Source of the DNA: Pseudomonadota bacterium
Lineage (GTDB): Bacteria > SZUA-182 > DTGQ01
Assembly (NCBI GenBank): GCA_030625085.1
Contig: DAOURK010000006.1
Span: 4,061-68,060 of the forward strand
Reading direction: 5' to 3'
Length of the DNA stretch: 64,000 nucleotides
In this document: positions 55,248-64,000 of the stretch, piece by piece
Layout of the letters: every line of letters starts with the position of its first letter
Numbering within the stretch: position 1 is the stretch's first letter
Notes under the pieces: generated by a model
The model's database searches: none
What the model was told of the DNA's origin: nothing
What the model saw: only the letters and a program-made list of their open reading frames with translations
Translations under genes and position numbers: made by a program

Positions 55248-55321
55248 TACAGTTATTGGTCCCCTATGCTTTACCGAAATGTTTCTCTTTCTGACGTCCA
55301 TATTGAAGAGGCAAAAGAATT

Positions 55322-56722
55322 ATGAGCGATTATGACATTGGCATTATCGGGGCCGGGCCGGGTGGTTATGTGGCAGCGATCAGAGCATCTCAACTGGGGG
55401 CTCGGGTTTGTTTAATTGAACGGTCAGAGGTAGGCGGGACATGCTTGAATCTTGGCTGTATTCCGACCAAAGCCCTGGTTGGCTGTGTAAGTGCGCTCTC
55501 CAATATAAAATCGGCAGAAGAATTCGGCATTCAAATCAAAGATATCTCCTTTGATTTTAAAAAGATGATGGAGCGCAAAGACAGAATTGTTGAACGCTTG
55601 ACTAAAGGGATTAGACAACTACTGAAAAGCTATCAAATTGATCTGATGTGGGGCAAAGCCGGGATTCGAACACCGAATATTATCGAAGTTACGACTCGTG
55701 ATAATGGCAAGATGGAGAAGGTGAGCGTGGAAAAGATTATTATTGCTACCGGCTCCAGACCTGCCAAAATACCGGTTTTTGAAATCGACGGAAAGAGAGC
55801 AATTACCAGCGATGAAGCCTTGTCCTTGGAGGAGGTCCCTGAACGGCTCCTGATTGTGGGTGGAGGTGTGGTTGGTTGCGAATTTGCCTGTATTTTTAAT
55901 GCCTTGGGGAGCAAAGTTACCATTGTCGAGGTCATGCCGGACCTGATTCAGTTGCAGGATAAGCAGATTAGCCGGCAATTGCGGGTACTGTTAAAAAAAG
56001 CAGGCATTACCATTTTAACCAATGAAACCATTTGTCAGGTAAGAAAAGGCTCTGAGGAAATAGAAGTCGAATTGGAGTCTGAAAAAACGCTCCAGGCGGA
56101 CAAAATGTTGGTTTCCATTGGGCGAGTATTTAATTCAGATAATCTCGGGTTGGCGGAGGTTGGGGTGAAAACTTCCAAGGGAATGATTTTAGTAGACAAT
56201 AGAATGCGGACCTCTGTGGAAGGCATTTACGCCATCGGTGATGTGGCCAGTCATCTTCGATTGGCTTATATAGCTTCGGCACAAGGGATTGTGGCGGCTA
56301 CGAATTGTCTGGGCAAGCGAAAAACTATGGATTATGGAACTGTGCCTACCTGTATTTTTACTATGCCGGAGATTGCCTCTGTAGGCCTGACGGAAGCGCA
56401 GGCCAGAGAAGAAGGATATGATGTAGGGGTCGGCAAATTTCCTTTTTCAGCCAGTGGAAAAGCCTTGGCTATGGGAGAAACCGATAGTTTTCTCAAAATG
56501 ATTGCCGACAATGATGAGGAGACTGTGCTGGGGGTACATATCATAGGCCCCCACGCCACAGATATTATTCATGAAGCTGCTTTGGCCATTCGGATGGGTG
56601 TCAGGGTCCGGCAATTGGCTGATACGCTACATGCTCACCCGACCTTATCCGAGGTATTGGTTGAGGCGGCTGAAGACGTCAAGGGAACATCAATTCATCT
56701 TCCAAAGAAAAAAAAGGATTAG
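55322..56722 (+). CDS. lpdA: Dihydrolipoyl dehydrogenase
   Basis: GAGPGGY...GGTCLNLGCIPTK redox-active disulfide, NAD Rossmann motif, C-terminal dimerisation HAHPTLSE. Confidence 0.9.
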   Translation: MSDYDIGIIGAGPGGYVAAIRASQLGARVCLIERSEVGGTCLNLGCIPTKALVGCVSALSNIKSAEEFGIQIKDISFDFKKMMERKDRIVERLTKGIRQLLKSYQIDLMWGKAGIRTPNIIEVTTRDNGKMEKVSVEKIIIATGSRPAKIPVFEIDGKRAITSDEALSLEEVPERLLIVGGGVVGCEFACIFNALGSKVTIVEVMPDLIQLQDKQISRQLRVLLKKAGITILTNETICQVRKGSEEIEVELESEKTLQADKMLVSIGRVFNSDNLGLAEVGVKTSKGMILVDNRMRTSVEGIYAIGDVASHLRLAYIASAQGIVAATNCLGKRKTMDYGTVPTCIFTMPEIASVGLTEAQAREEGYDVGVGKFPFSASGKALAMGETDSFLKMIADNDEETVLGVHIIGPHATDIIHEAALAIRMGVRVRQLADTLHAHPTLSEVLVEAAEDVKGTSIHLPKKKKD

Positions 56723-56728
56723 AAAAAA

Positions 56729-57502
56729 ATGAGTTATATAATTGCAGTGGCCGGTAAAGGTGGAACGGGGAAAACGACTTTATGCGGGTTAATGATTCGT
56801 TATCTTTTGGCTAAAGGGAAATCACCGGTTTTGGCCGTAGATGCTGATGCGAATGCGAATCTTCATGAGGTCTTGGGATTAGAAATAGCAGAATCCGTGG
56901 GTGCCCTTCGGGAAAAGGCTATGGCTGAAGTAAAGGATCTTCCACTGGGAGTAACCAAGGAGCAATATATTGAGCAGAGAATTCATGAGATTCTGGTGGA
57001 AAGCTCTGGCGTTGATTTAATGACTATGGGCAGACCTGAGGGGCCGGGATGCTATTGCTATGCCAATCATCTTATTCGAAAATATAGTGAAAGAATCGGC
57101 CAAAGCTATAAATACGTTATTATGGACAATGAGGCCGGACTGGAACATCTCAGTCGAAGGACAACGCAAGGTGTGGATGCCCTGGTTATCTCTACTGATG
57201 AAACCCTGCGCGGTCTTCGCACTGTTCAACGGATACTGGATATTATTGTGGAGTTACAGCTTGATATCAAAAAAACCTATCTGGTAGTTAATCGCTCTTT
57301 AAACGGCCTTACCGATGCCTTTCATGAGGCGATTACCGGAATGAGAGTGCAATTTTTAGGCGCTATTCCTTCAGACAAACGTTTAATCCAGTTTGATTTA
57401 GAAGGTAAGCCATTGATTCAATTGCCGGATAATTCTCTTGCTGTACAAAAGGTATCGGATATGATGCTTGAGTTGGTTGAGAAGAACGTTGAGAATAAAT
57501 AG
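56729..57502 (+). CDS. cooC: CooC/AcsF-type Ni-insertion ATPase (second copy)
   Basis: GKGGTGKTT Walker A and the GCYCYAN CxC motif. Confidence 0.85.
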   Translation: MSYIIAVAGKGGTGKTTLCGLMIRYLLAKGKSPVLAVDADANANLHEVLGLEIAESVGALREKAMAEVKDLPLGVTKEQYIEQRIHEILVESSGVDLMTMGRPEGPGCYCYANHLIRKYSERIGQSYKYVIMDNEAGLEHLSRRTTQGVDALVISTDETLRGLRTVQRILDIIVELQLDIKKTYLVVNRSLNGLTDAFHEAITGMRVQFLGAIPSDKRLIQFDLEGKPLIQLPDNSLAVQKVSDMMLELVEKNVENK

Positions 57503-57655
57503 GCAAAAGAAGGCTATGAAAAATAATTTTAAAATCTATATTCAGACAAAAGGAGCGCAGGGTCTAAAGCCTTCGGCTCCAACATGAATTTATTATCGGA
57601 AAACCTATTAGGAGAAAAAGAAAATAAAAACCATACAGTATAAAAGGAGGAATGT

Positions 57656-58441
57656 ATGCTGGTTATAGGGGAAAAGATTAATGTAAGAACAAAGCTTTAT
57701 GCAGATGCCTTTAAAGAGAGAAATTTTGAGCCCATCAAGGATATGGCCATTCAGCAGGTCAAGGCAGGGGCAAACATGCTGGATATTAATATCGGGCCGG
57801 CCAGAAAAACCGGACCCGAATTAATGCTCTGGCTGGTGGAGAATATTCAAAGTGTGGTGGATGTCCCGCTTTGTCTTGATACCACCAATGCCGAGGCTAT
57901 TGAGGCAGGGCTGAAAGTGCATAAGGGAAAGGCCCTGATTAACTCTACTTCAGCCGACCCGGAGAGATTGGCGTTGTTAATGCCTCTGGCGGCTAAATAT
58001 AACGCTATGATAATCGGCCTTACTTTGGCCACAGGGGGGCTGCCTCGCGATGCCAATGAGCGATGTGCTTTGGCTGCTGAAGTAATGGCCTCGGCCATGG
58101 AACATGGCGTTCCCTTAGAAGATATCTATCTGGACCCGATCATGGTGCCTATTAACGGTCAGCAAGAGCAAGTAAAAGAGATTTTAGAGGCCATCAAATT
58201 ATTTCGAGAGTTGAATGATCCCCCCATGAAGAGCGTGATTGGTCTCAGTAATGTTTCTAATGGCGCTCCTGAGGAAATGCGCGGCTTGATCAATTCTACT
58301 TTTTTGACTATGGCCATTACTGTGGGGCTGGAAGGGGCCATTGTTGATCCATTAGATTCAATGATTATGCAGTCAGTGAAAACAACCTCGGTGATTTTAA
58401 ATCAAAGCTTATATTGTCATTCATATTTAGAAACCAGCTAA
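57656..58441 (+). CDS. acsE: Methyltetrahydrofolate:corrinoid/iron-sulfur protein methyltransferase
   Basis: Collinear similarity to the Moorella AcsE pterin-binding barrel: MLVIGEKIN...LDINIGPA...LCLDTTN...INSTS...DPIMVP...GLSNVSNG. Confidence 0.85.
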   Translation: MLVIGEKINVRTKLYADAFKERNFEPIKDMAIQQVKAGANMLDINIGPARKTGPELMLWLVENIQSVVDVPLCLDTTNAEAIEAGLKVHKGKALINSTSADPERLALLMPLAAKYNAMIIGLTLATGGLPRDANERCALAAEVMASAMEHGVPLEDIYLDPIMVPINGQQEQVKEILEAIKLFRELNDPPMKSVIGLSNVSNGAPEEMRGLINSTFLTMAITVGLEGAIVDPLDSMIMQSVKTTSVILNQSLYCHSYLETS

Positions 58442-58557
58442 AGTCAATGTGCGCTCGTTTGCTACCCACAGCTTAAGCCTTAGTCGAAAGCCATAAGGGT
58501 TTGTTGATGGGGGTGAACCCATACCTTGCACATTGGCCGGCAGCAAAGGAGGAGATT

Positions 58558-59502
58558 ATGCCCTTTACCGTGCCTAAGGAAATATATAATGGAAAAATTA
58601 ACCAACTGGAAGTTGGGCAAGAACAACATAAAGCGATCTTGGGGGGTGAGGAGGTCCTTCCCTTTCTGAGTTTTGAGGGAAAGGTCCCTTTACTAATACC
58701 CTTAGCTTTAGAGATTCAGGATATAGAACCTACTGATTGGGCCCCAAGCTTGACAGAGTCCTATGGGGATGTAATGAACAACCCGGTAGAATGGGCCAAG
58801 CGTTGTCAGGATCAGTATAAGGCCGATATGATTTGTCTTCGTCTTGCAGGAACGCATCCGGACAATGGTGATAAATCCCCGCAAGAGGCTGGAAAGGTTG
58901 TGGATTCAGTTCTCTCGGCTATTCAGGTCCCCTTGATGATTTTGGGGAGCAACCATGTGGAAAAGGATGTTGAGGTAATGAAACATGTGGCCGAGGTGGC
59001 GGCCAATACAGGCTCGATTATCGGCAAGGCCCAAGAAAAAAATTATAAAACCTTTGCGGCCGTGGCTACTGCCTATGGTCACAAGCTGGTGGCCCTTTCC
59101 GACCTGGATATTAACCTTTCCAAACAATTAAATATTCTCTTAACCCAGAGTGGTTTTGATGGGGAAAATATTATCGTTGATGCTATGTCCAGCACTTTAG
59201 GGTATGGCCTTGAGTATACATACTCGGTTATGGAACGGATTCGGCTGGCTGCCCTGCAGCAAAATGATACTATGATGCAAATGCCTATGATAGTTGATGT
59301 CGGCGAGGTAACCTGGAAAGTCAAGGAAGCGAAGGCAACTCAAGAGGAGCAACCTACCTGGGGAGATGCCAAACAGCGAGGGGTTTTGTGGGAAACCTTG
59401 ACCGCCTTGAGCTTTATCATGGCCGGCGGTGGTCTGGCGGTTTTGCGTCATCCTGAGGCGTTGGTGACTGTGCATAAGACTTTGGCTGAATTGGGTGAAT
59501 AA
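58558..59502 (+). CDS. acsD: Corrinoid iron-sulfur protein small subunit
   Basis: CFeSP delta-subunit TIM-barrel-like sequence. A strong SD (AAGGAGGAG) precedes the internal ATG at 58558; the ORF is open from 58501. Confidence 0.75.
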   Translation: MPFTVPKEIYNGKINQLEVGQEQHKAILGGEEVLPFLSFEGKVPLLIPLALEIQDIEPTDWAPSLTESYGDVMNNPVEWAKRCQDQYKADMICLRLAGTHPDNGDKSPQEAGKVVDSVLSAIQVPLMILGSNHVEKDVEVMKHVAEVAANTGSIIGKAQEKNYKTFAAVATAYGHKLVALSDLDINLSKQLNILLTQSGFDGENIIVDAMSSTLGYGLEYTYSVMERIRLAALQQNDTMMQMPMIVDVGEVTWKVKEAKATQEEQPTWGDAKQRGVLWETLTALSFIMAGGGLAVLRHPEALVTVHKTLAELGE

Positions 59503-59558
59503 GGAGTATTTCCTCATGAAAATTTCCAGGCAATTAAGCGAAAAAAAAGGAGAATAAA

Positions 59559-60905
59559 ATGGGCCTTACAGGTATTCAGATATTTAAATATTTACCGAAA
59601 ACCAACTGCGGAGATTGCAAATTTCCGACATGTTTGGCTTTTGCCATGAGACTGGCTGCAGCCCAGGTTCGCCTGGATGCTTGCCCCCACATTTCAGCGG
59701 AGGCCAAAAAGATTTTAACCGAGGTCTCAGCGCCGCCTGTTCGGTTGGTAAAATTGGGAACCGGTGACCGAACAATTGAAATTGGTGATGAGACCGTTCT
59801 TTTTCGACATGAAAAGAAATTTAACCACCCTTCAGGATTAGCTCTGGCTGTGGCGGATAATCTTTCTGATCAGGAGATTGAACAAAAAGTACAACAGGTT
59901 AAAGATTCAGCTATGGAGAGAGTCGGACAACAATTGCGCGTTGATTTGATATGTATTCAAGATAAGGCAAAAGATGCAGGGCGCTTTGCTCAAGTGACCA
60001 AAAAGATAGCCGACCTTACCGATAGCGGCTTGATTTTGGATTCCCTTGATCCTGAAATCATGAAGGCAGGTTTAGCTGAGACGGCCAGCAGAAAGCCTCT
60101 TATGTATGCAGCTACAGAGGAGAATTGTGATCAGATGGCAGCCTTGGCCAAAGAATACAAAACGCCTTTAGCGGTATATAGTGATAAGGGGCTTGAAGCC
60201 TTATCGGCCCTGGCAGAGAAGTTGGCGGCTTCCGGAGTTGAGGATTTGGTCTTAGATTCAGGGGCCAGGACGGCAGGTAAAATGCTTTCCGACCTTACCC
60301 AGATCCGGCGTGCCGGCATTAAGAAAAAATTTAAACCATTGGGATATCCTACCATCGTTTTCCCGGGGCAAGGAGCAGAGAATTCATTGATGGAAGTAGC
60401 GCGGGCAGGTATTGGGGTTATGAAATATGCCTCCTTAATTGTTTTAAACAACATTAATAATGAGGTCATATTACCTCTTTATACTCTGCGGCAAAATATT
60501 TACACTGATCCGCAGCAGCCGATGCAGGTCGAGGAGAAACTCTATAAAATTGGTGAGCCCGATGAGAATTCTCCTTTGCTCATTACCACGAATTTTTCTT
60601 TAACCTATTTTATTGTTTTGGGTGAAATTGAAAACAGCAAGGTTCCTTCCTGGCTTTTGATTGCCAACTCCGAAGGATTATCGGTGCTGACGGCTTGGGC
60701 GGCGGATAAGTTCAATGCTCCCAAGATTGCCAAGTTGGTGAAGAACCAGACGGTTGAGGAGAAAGTGAATCATCGCAATTTAATTATTCCCGGCTACGTT
60801 TCTATTCTTTCCGGAGAGATTGAAGAGGAATTGCCTGGATGGAAAGTGGTAGTGGGTCCCAGGGAAGCGGCGAATATTCCCAAATTCCTTCGGGAATTGG
60901 CGTAG
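59559..60905 (+). CDS. acsC: Corrinoid iron-sulfur protein large subunit
   Basis: N-terminal [4Fe-4S] motif CGDCKFPTCLAFAMRLA...CP and a C-terminal corrinoid-binding domain. Confidence 0.85.
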   Translation: MGLTGIQIFKYLPKTNCGDCKFPTCLAFAMRLAAAQVRLDACPHISAEAKKILTEVSAPPVRLVKLGTGDRTIEIGDETVLFRHEKKFNHPSGLALAVADNLSDQEIEQKVQQVKDSAMERVGQQLRVDLICIQDKAKDAGRFAQVTKKIADLTDSGLILDSLDPEIMKAGLAETASRKPLMYAATEENCDQMAALAKEYKTPLAVYSDKGLEALSALAEKLAASGVEDLVLDSGARTAGKMLSDLTQIRRAGIKKKFKPLGYPTIVFPGQGAENSLMEVARAGIGVMKYASLIVLNNINNEVILPLYTLRQNIYTDPQQPMQVEEKLYKIGEPDENSPLLITTNFSLTYFIVLGEIENSKVPSWLLIANSEGLSVLTAWAADKFNAPKIAKLVKNQTVEEKVNHRNLIIPGYVSILSGEIEEELPGWKVVVGPREAANIPKFLRELA

Positions 60906-61088
60906 TTAGGGAATTTGTCGAGTAAAATTTACCCCTTGAGAGGGGCGCGAGTAAGCGTGATAGTAAGGAGGTTAAGTAATTGAATGGTTGAGCATCTTAC
61001 AAATTTGGATAATTTCCCAGCAATATATACAAGGGTTGTTTCTATAACAGGATGTGTATTACATTCTTGATCACCTAAGGAGAGAATT

Positions 61089-63032
61089 ATGGACTATAAA
61101 GAATTTTCATCATGTAAAGCCTGTAATGAAATTTTTGAATCAATGGAACATGAGAAGGATCTCACGGCATTTCATCGGGCAGCGGATTTAAAGCCCTGTC
61201 CCTTTGGAAGTCAGGGATTGTGCTGTAAGAATTGTTCCATGGGCCCATGTCGACTCAGCACCAAAGAGACCGGGACGAAAAGAGGGGTCTGTGGTGCTAC
61301 GGCCGGTACCATTGCAGCCCGTAATTTTGTGCGGATGATTGCCGCAGGTGCCGCCGCCCATTCAGATCATGGCCGGGATATTATCAAAACCTTTTCCATG
61401 GTTGCCAATGGTGAGGCTGAAGGGTCAGGATATAAAATCAAAGATGTTACAAAACTCATAGCAGTAGCCCAGGATTTTGGGATTGAAACCGAAGGAAAAG
61501 CCTCTTCGGAAATTGCCAAAGAATTGGCCCCGAAACTATGGGCTGAATTTGGCAATCAGGAAGGCGAACTGCAATTTATCAAAAGGGCGCCGGAAAAACG
61601 GCAGGCTCTCTGGCGAGAGCAGGGAGTGTCTCCCCGAGGGATAGATCGTGAAGTAGTGGAAATCATGCATCGCACCCATATGGGTGTTGATCAGGATGCG
61701 GAAAATCTTTTACGTCATGGAACGCGGGCTGCTTTGGCCGACGGTTGGGGAGGCTCTATGTTGGCGACTGAGGTGCAAGATATTTTACTTGGAACTCCGG
61801 TCCCTGTGCGCGGTAAAGCAAATTTAGGGGTCTTAAAAGAAGATCAGGTAAATATTATTGTGCATGGTCATGATCCCCTTCTTTCGGAAATGCTGGTAGT
61901 GGCCGCCCAGGACCCGGAAATGATTGCTAAGGCCAAGGCCAAAGGCGCGGCAGGGATTAATCTGGCCGGGATTTGCTGTACAGCCAATGAAATTTTGTTG
62001 CGCCACGGCATTCCCGTAGCAGGAAATTTTCTCCAGCAGGAGTTGGCCATTCTTACCGGCGTGGTGGATGCCATGGTTGTTGATGTGCAATGTATCATGC
62101 AGTCTTTGGGTGATCTTGTGCAGTGTTATCATACCAAATTGATAACTACCTCGGAAAAGGCTAAGATGGCCGGGGCAACTCATATGCAGTTTGAAGAGCA
62201 TGATGCCCTTAAGATCTCCAAAAATATTATTGACCAGGGGATTGAAAATTTTGGGAATCGCAATCCTGGCAAAATCTGCGTTCCCAAGGCAGAAATGGAC
62301 CTGGTAGCCGGATTCAGTCATGAAAGCATTAACTATTGCTTGGGGGGGACCTTCCGGGGCTCTTATCGTCCGTTGAACGATAATATCATGAATGGCCGGA
62401 TATTAGGCGTGGCCGGCGTGGTAGGCTGCAATAATCCAAGGGTAAAGCATGACGATGTGAACAATATCCTGGTTAAGGAATTGATTAAAAATAATGTGCT
62501 GGTGCTTCAAACCGGATGTTGCGCCATTGCCAGCGCAAAGGAGGGTTTGATGATTCCGGAAGCCGCTGCCTTAGCCGGCCCGGGATTGGCCGAAGTATGC
62601 GAAACAGTGGGCCTGCCGCCAGTGCTTCACTGCGGATCTTGTGTGGATAACAGCCGCCTGCTGATGGCAGCCACAGCCATGGTGAAAGAGGGTGGTCTGG
62701 GAGACGATATATCCGATCTTCCTTTGGCAGGTTGCGCTCCTGAGTGGATGAGTGAAAAAGCAATTTCCATCGGGCAATATTTTGTAGCCTCAGGTGTCTT
62801 TACTGTCTTTGGAGTAACCTTTCCCATTATGGGAAGTGAAGAGGTCAAGGACCTTTTATTCAATAAGTTCGAAAAAATCACCAAAGGCAAATGGGCCTTT
62901 GAGCCTGATCCGATAAAGATGGCTCATTTGATGATCGATCATATTAAAGCCAAAAGAGCGGCTTTGGGGATCGATAAAAAACAAGATCGGGTCCTCTATG
63001 ATATGGATATGAGAAGGTCTCTGGAGGTCTAA
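61089..63032 (+). CDS. cooS: Anaerobic carbon-monoxide dehydrogenase catalytic subunit
   Basis: 647 aa with N-terminal B/D-cluster cysteines (CxxC...CPFGSQGLCC..C..GPC) and C-cluster ligand context. A member of the CooS/AcsA family. Confidence 0.9.
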   Translation: MDYKEFSSCKACNEIFESMEHEKDLTAFHRAADLKPCPFGSQGLCCKNCSMGPCRLSTKETGTKRGVCGATAGTIAARNFVRMIAAGAAAHSDHGRDIIKTFSMVANGEAEGSGYKIKDVTKLIAVAQDFGIETEGKASSEIAKELAPKLWAEFGNQEGELQFIKRAPEKRQALWREQGVSPRGIDREVVEIMHRTHMGVDQDAENLLRHGTRAALADGWGGSMLATEVQDILLGTPVPVRGKANLGVLKEDQVNIIVHGHDPLLSEMLVVAAQDPEMIAKAKAKGAAGINLAGICCTANEILLRHGIPVAGNFLQQELAILTGVVDAMVVDVQCIMQSLGDLVQCYHTKLITTSEKAKMAGATHMQFEEHDALKISKNIIDQGIENFGNRNPGKICVPKAEMDLVAGFSHESINYCLGGTFRGSYRPLNDNIMNGRILGVAGVVGCNNPRVKHDDVNNILVKELIKNNVLVLQTGCCAIASAKEGLMIPEAAALAGPGLAEVCETVGLPPVLHCGSCVDNSRLLMAATAMVKEGGLGDDISDLPLAGCAPEWMSEKAISIGQYFVASGVFTVFGVTFPIMGSEEVKDLLFNKFEKITKGKWAFEPDPIKMAHLMIDHIKAKRAALGIDKKQDRVLYDMDMRRSLEV

Positions 63033-63186
63033 GGTCTTGTGAATTCGCGCCGACTGATCGGCGCTAAATGATGATAACGCATTCACTCCTTCTTTTCCTT
63101 GCTGGAAGACGGTTAGGAGTGAGGGCTATATTCATAATGAATTTTAAGTCGAATTTACTTTTACAGTTTTGAAAAAGGGGTAAACA

Positions 63187-64000
63187 ATGTCAAAAATAAT
63201 CGCTTCTGCCGCCATTCGTGGGGCACACAAAATTGTAGGAAGAGCGGAAACCTCTCTGGCCAAAGCTTTGGAGCAGCATGGACCGGATAAAACGATCGAG
63301 TTTCCCAATACCGGTTATTTTTTGCCGGTTATCTATGGGATGACGGGCATGAAGGCTGAAAAACTCGGGGATCTGCCAAAGATTTTGAAGCGGACTAAAT
63401 CCTTATTGCCGCCTAATCCTACGGAAAAGGTTTGGCTTCCCTACCTTGGACATACCTTGGATGCCGGGACGGCCACGCTTTTTGCCGATGAGATCATTGA
63501 AGTCATTAAATATTTACAAGACCCTGTTCCCTATTCCATGACCGAAAATTGTCCCGAAGACGGTAATTTATGGTTGGGTGCGGCTGATGATGTTATTATG
63601 CGTAAAAGGGGCATTGAGTTTGTGGACGGAACGGCGCCGGGCTTTGCCGCTTGCGTTGGTGCTTGCCCGACTAATGAAATTGCCGTCAAAATTGCCAGAG
63701 AGCTTCAGGAAAAAAACCTGTATGTATTTATGGCCGCCGACTCTCATGGCAAGACCATGGCCGAGCAGTTGCGTGAGGAAGGCGTCCAGATGGGCTGGGA
63801 AACTCGCCTGATTCCCTTCGGCAAGGATGTAACCAGCGCCATTTTTGCCATCGGCTTTGCCACCAGGGCGGCCATGTCCTTTGGCGGAGTAAAACCGGGG
63901 GATTATAGTAAAATTTTAAAATACAATAAGAACCGTGTGTTTGCTTTTGTTTTGGCCCTGGGGGAAGTGGATGATGAAAAATATGCCCAAGCGGCAGGGG
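63187..64000 (+). CDS. acsB: Acetyl-CoA synthase (CODH/ACS beta subunit), N-terminal part; continues past the window end
   Basis: ATG at 63187. The translation (MSKIIASAAIRGAHKI...EFPNTGYFLPVIYGMTGMKAEKLGDLPKILKR...) aligns with AcsB N-termini. Confidence 0.8.
   Translation, partial: MSKIIASAAIRGAHKIVGRAETSLAKALEQHGPDKTIEFPNTGYFLPVIYGMTGMKAEKLGDLPKILKRTKSLLPPNPTEKVWLPYLGHTLDAGTATLFADEIIEVIKYLQDPVPYSMTENCPEDGNLWLGAADDVIMRKRGIEFVDGTAPGFAACVGACPTNEIAVKIARELQEKNLYVFMAADSHGKTMAEQLREEGVQMGWETRLIPFGKDVTSAIFAIGFATRAAMSFGGVKPGDYSKILKYNKNRVFAFVLALGEVDDEKYAQAAG

Overview
This looks like a chromosomal origin-of-replication region of a low-GC anaerobic bacterium, followed by a large Wood-Ljungdahl / heterodisulfide-reductase-like gene cluster. 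The left ~15 kb is read on the minus strand: a partial multi-sensor PAS/Cache signalling protein, tRNA-Pro, rdgB, rph, murI, a GerMN protein, a cell-wall amidase, two tRNA-Ser, serS, gyrA, gyrB and dnaA. Three perfect DnaA boxes abut the dnaA start at 14923-14954 and are flanked by AT-rich spacers (13278-13584 and 14955-15315), so the origin is the likely reading. Transcription then flips to the plus strand with rpmH, rnpA, yidD, yidC, mnmE, parA and parB. Downstream come a U32 peptidase, an FAD-linked oxidase, a PAS histidine kinase, a hybrid REC-histidine kinase, a small island of hypothetical secreted proteins, and pncB-like, lon, galU and lepB on the minus strand. From ~37.2 kb a co-directional plus-strand cluster runs iclR, cooC, folE, gcvH, metV-metF, a split tandem HdrA-like pair, mvhD, a second metV-metF, hdrC, a 1479-aa HdrA-GltD-HdrA fusion, mvhD, three Flx/Hyd-like subunits (FeS, FeS, FAD/NAD/2Fe-2S), lpd, a second cooC, acsE, acsD, acsC, cooS/acsA and acsB (partial). 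I found no CRISPR array, IS element or rRNA. The most notable items are the unusual Hdr/MetFV/Flx architecture, which lacks a recognisable HdrB; the duplicated MetVF modules; a perfect 36-bp parS-like palindrome upstream of parA; an apparent frameshift in rpmH; and a strand-asymmetric 22-bp-stem hairpin.
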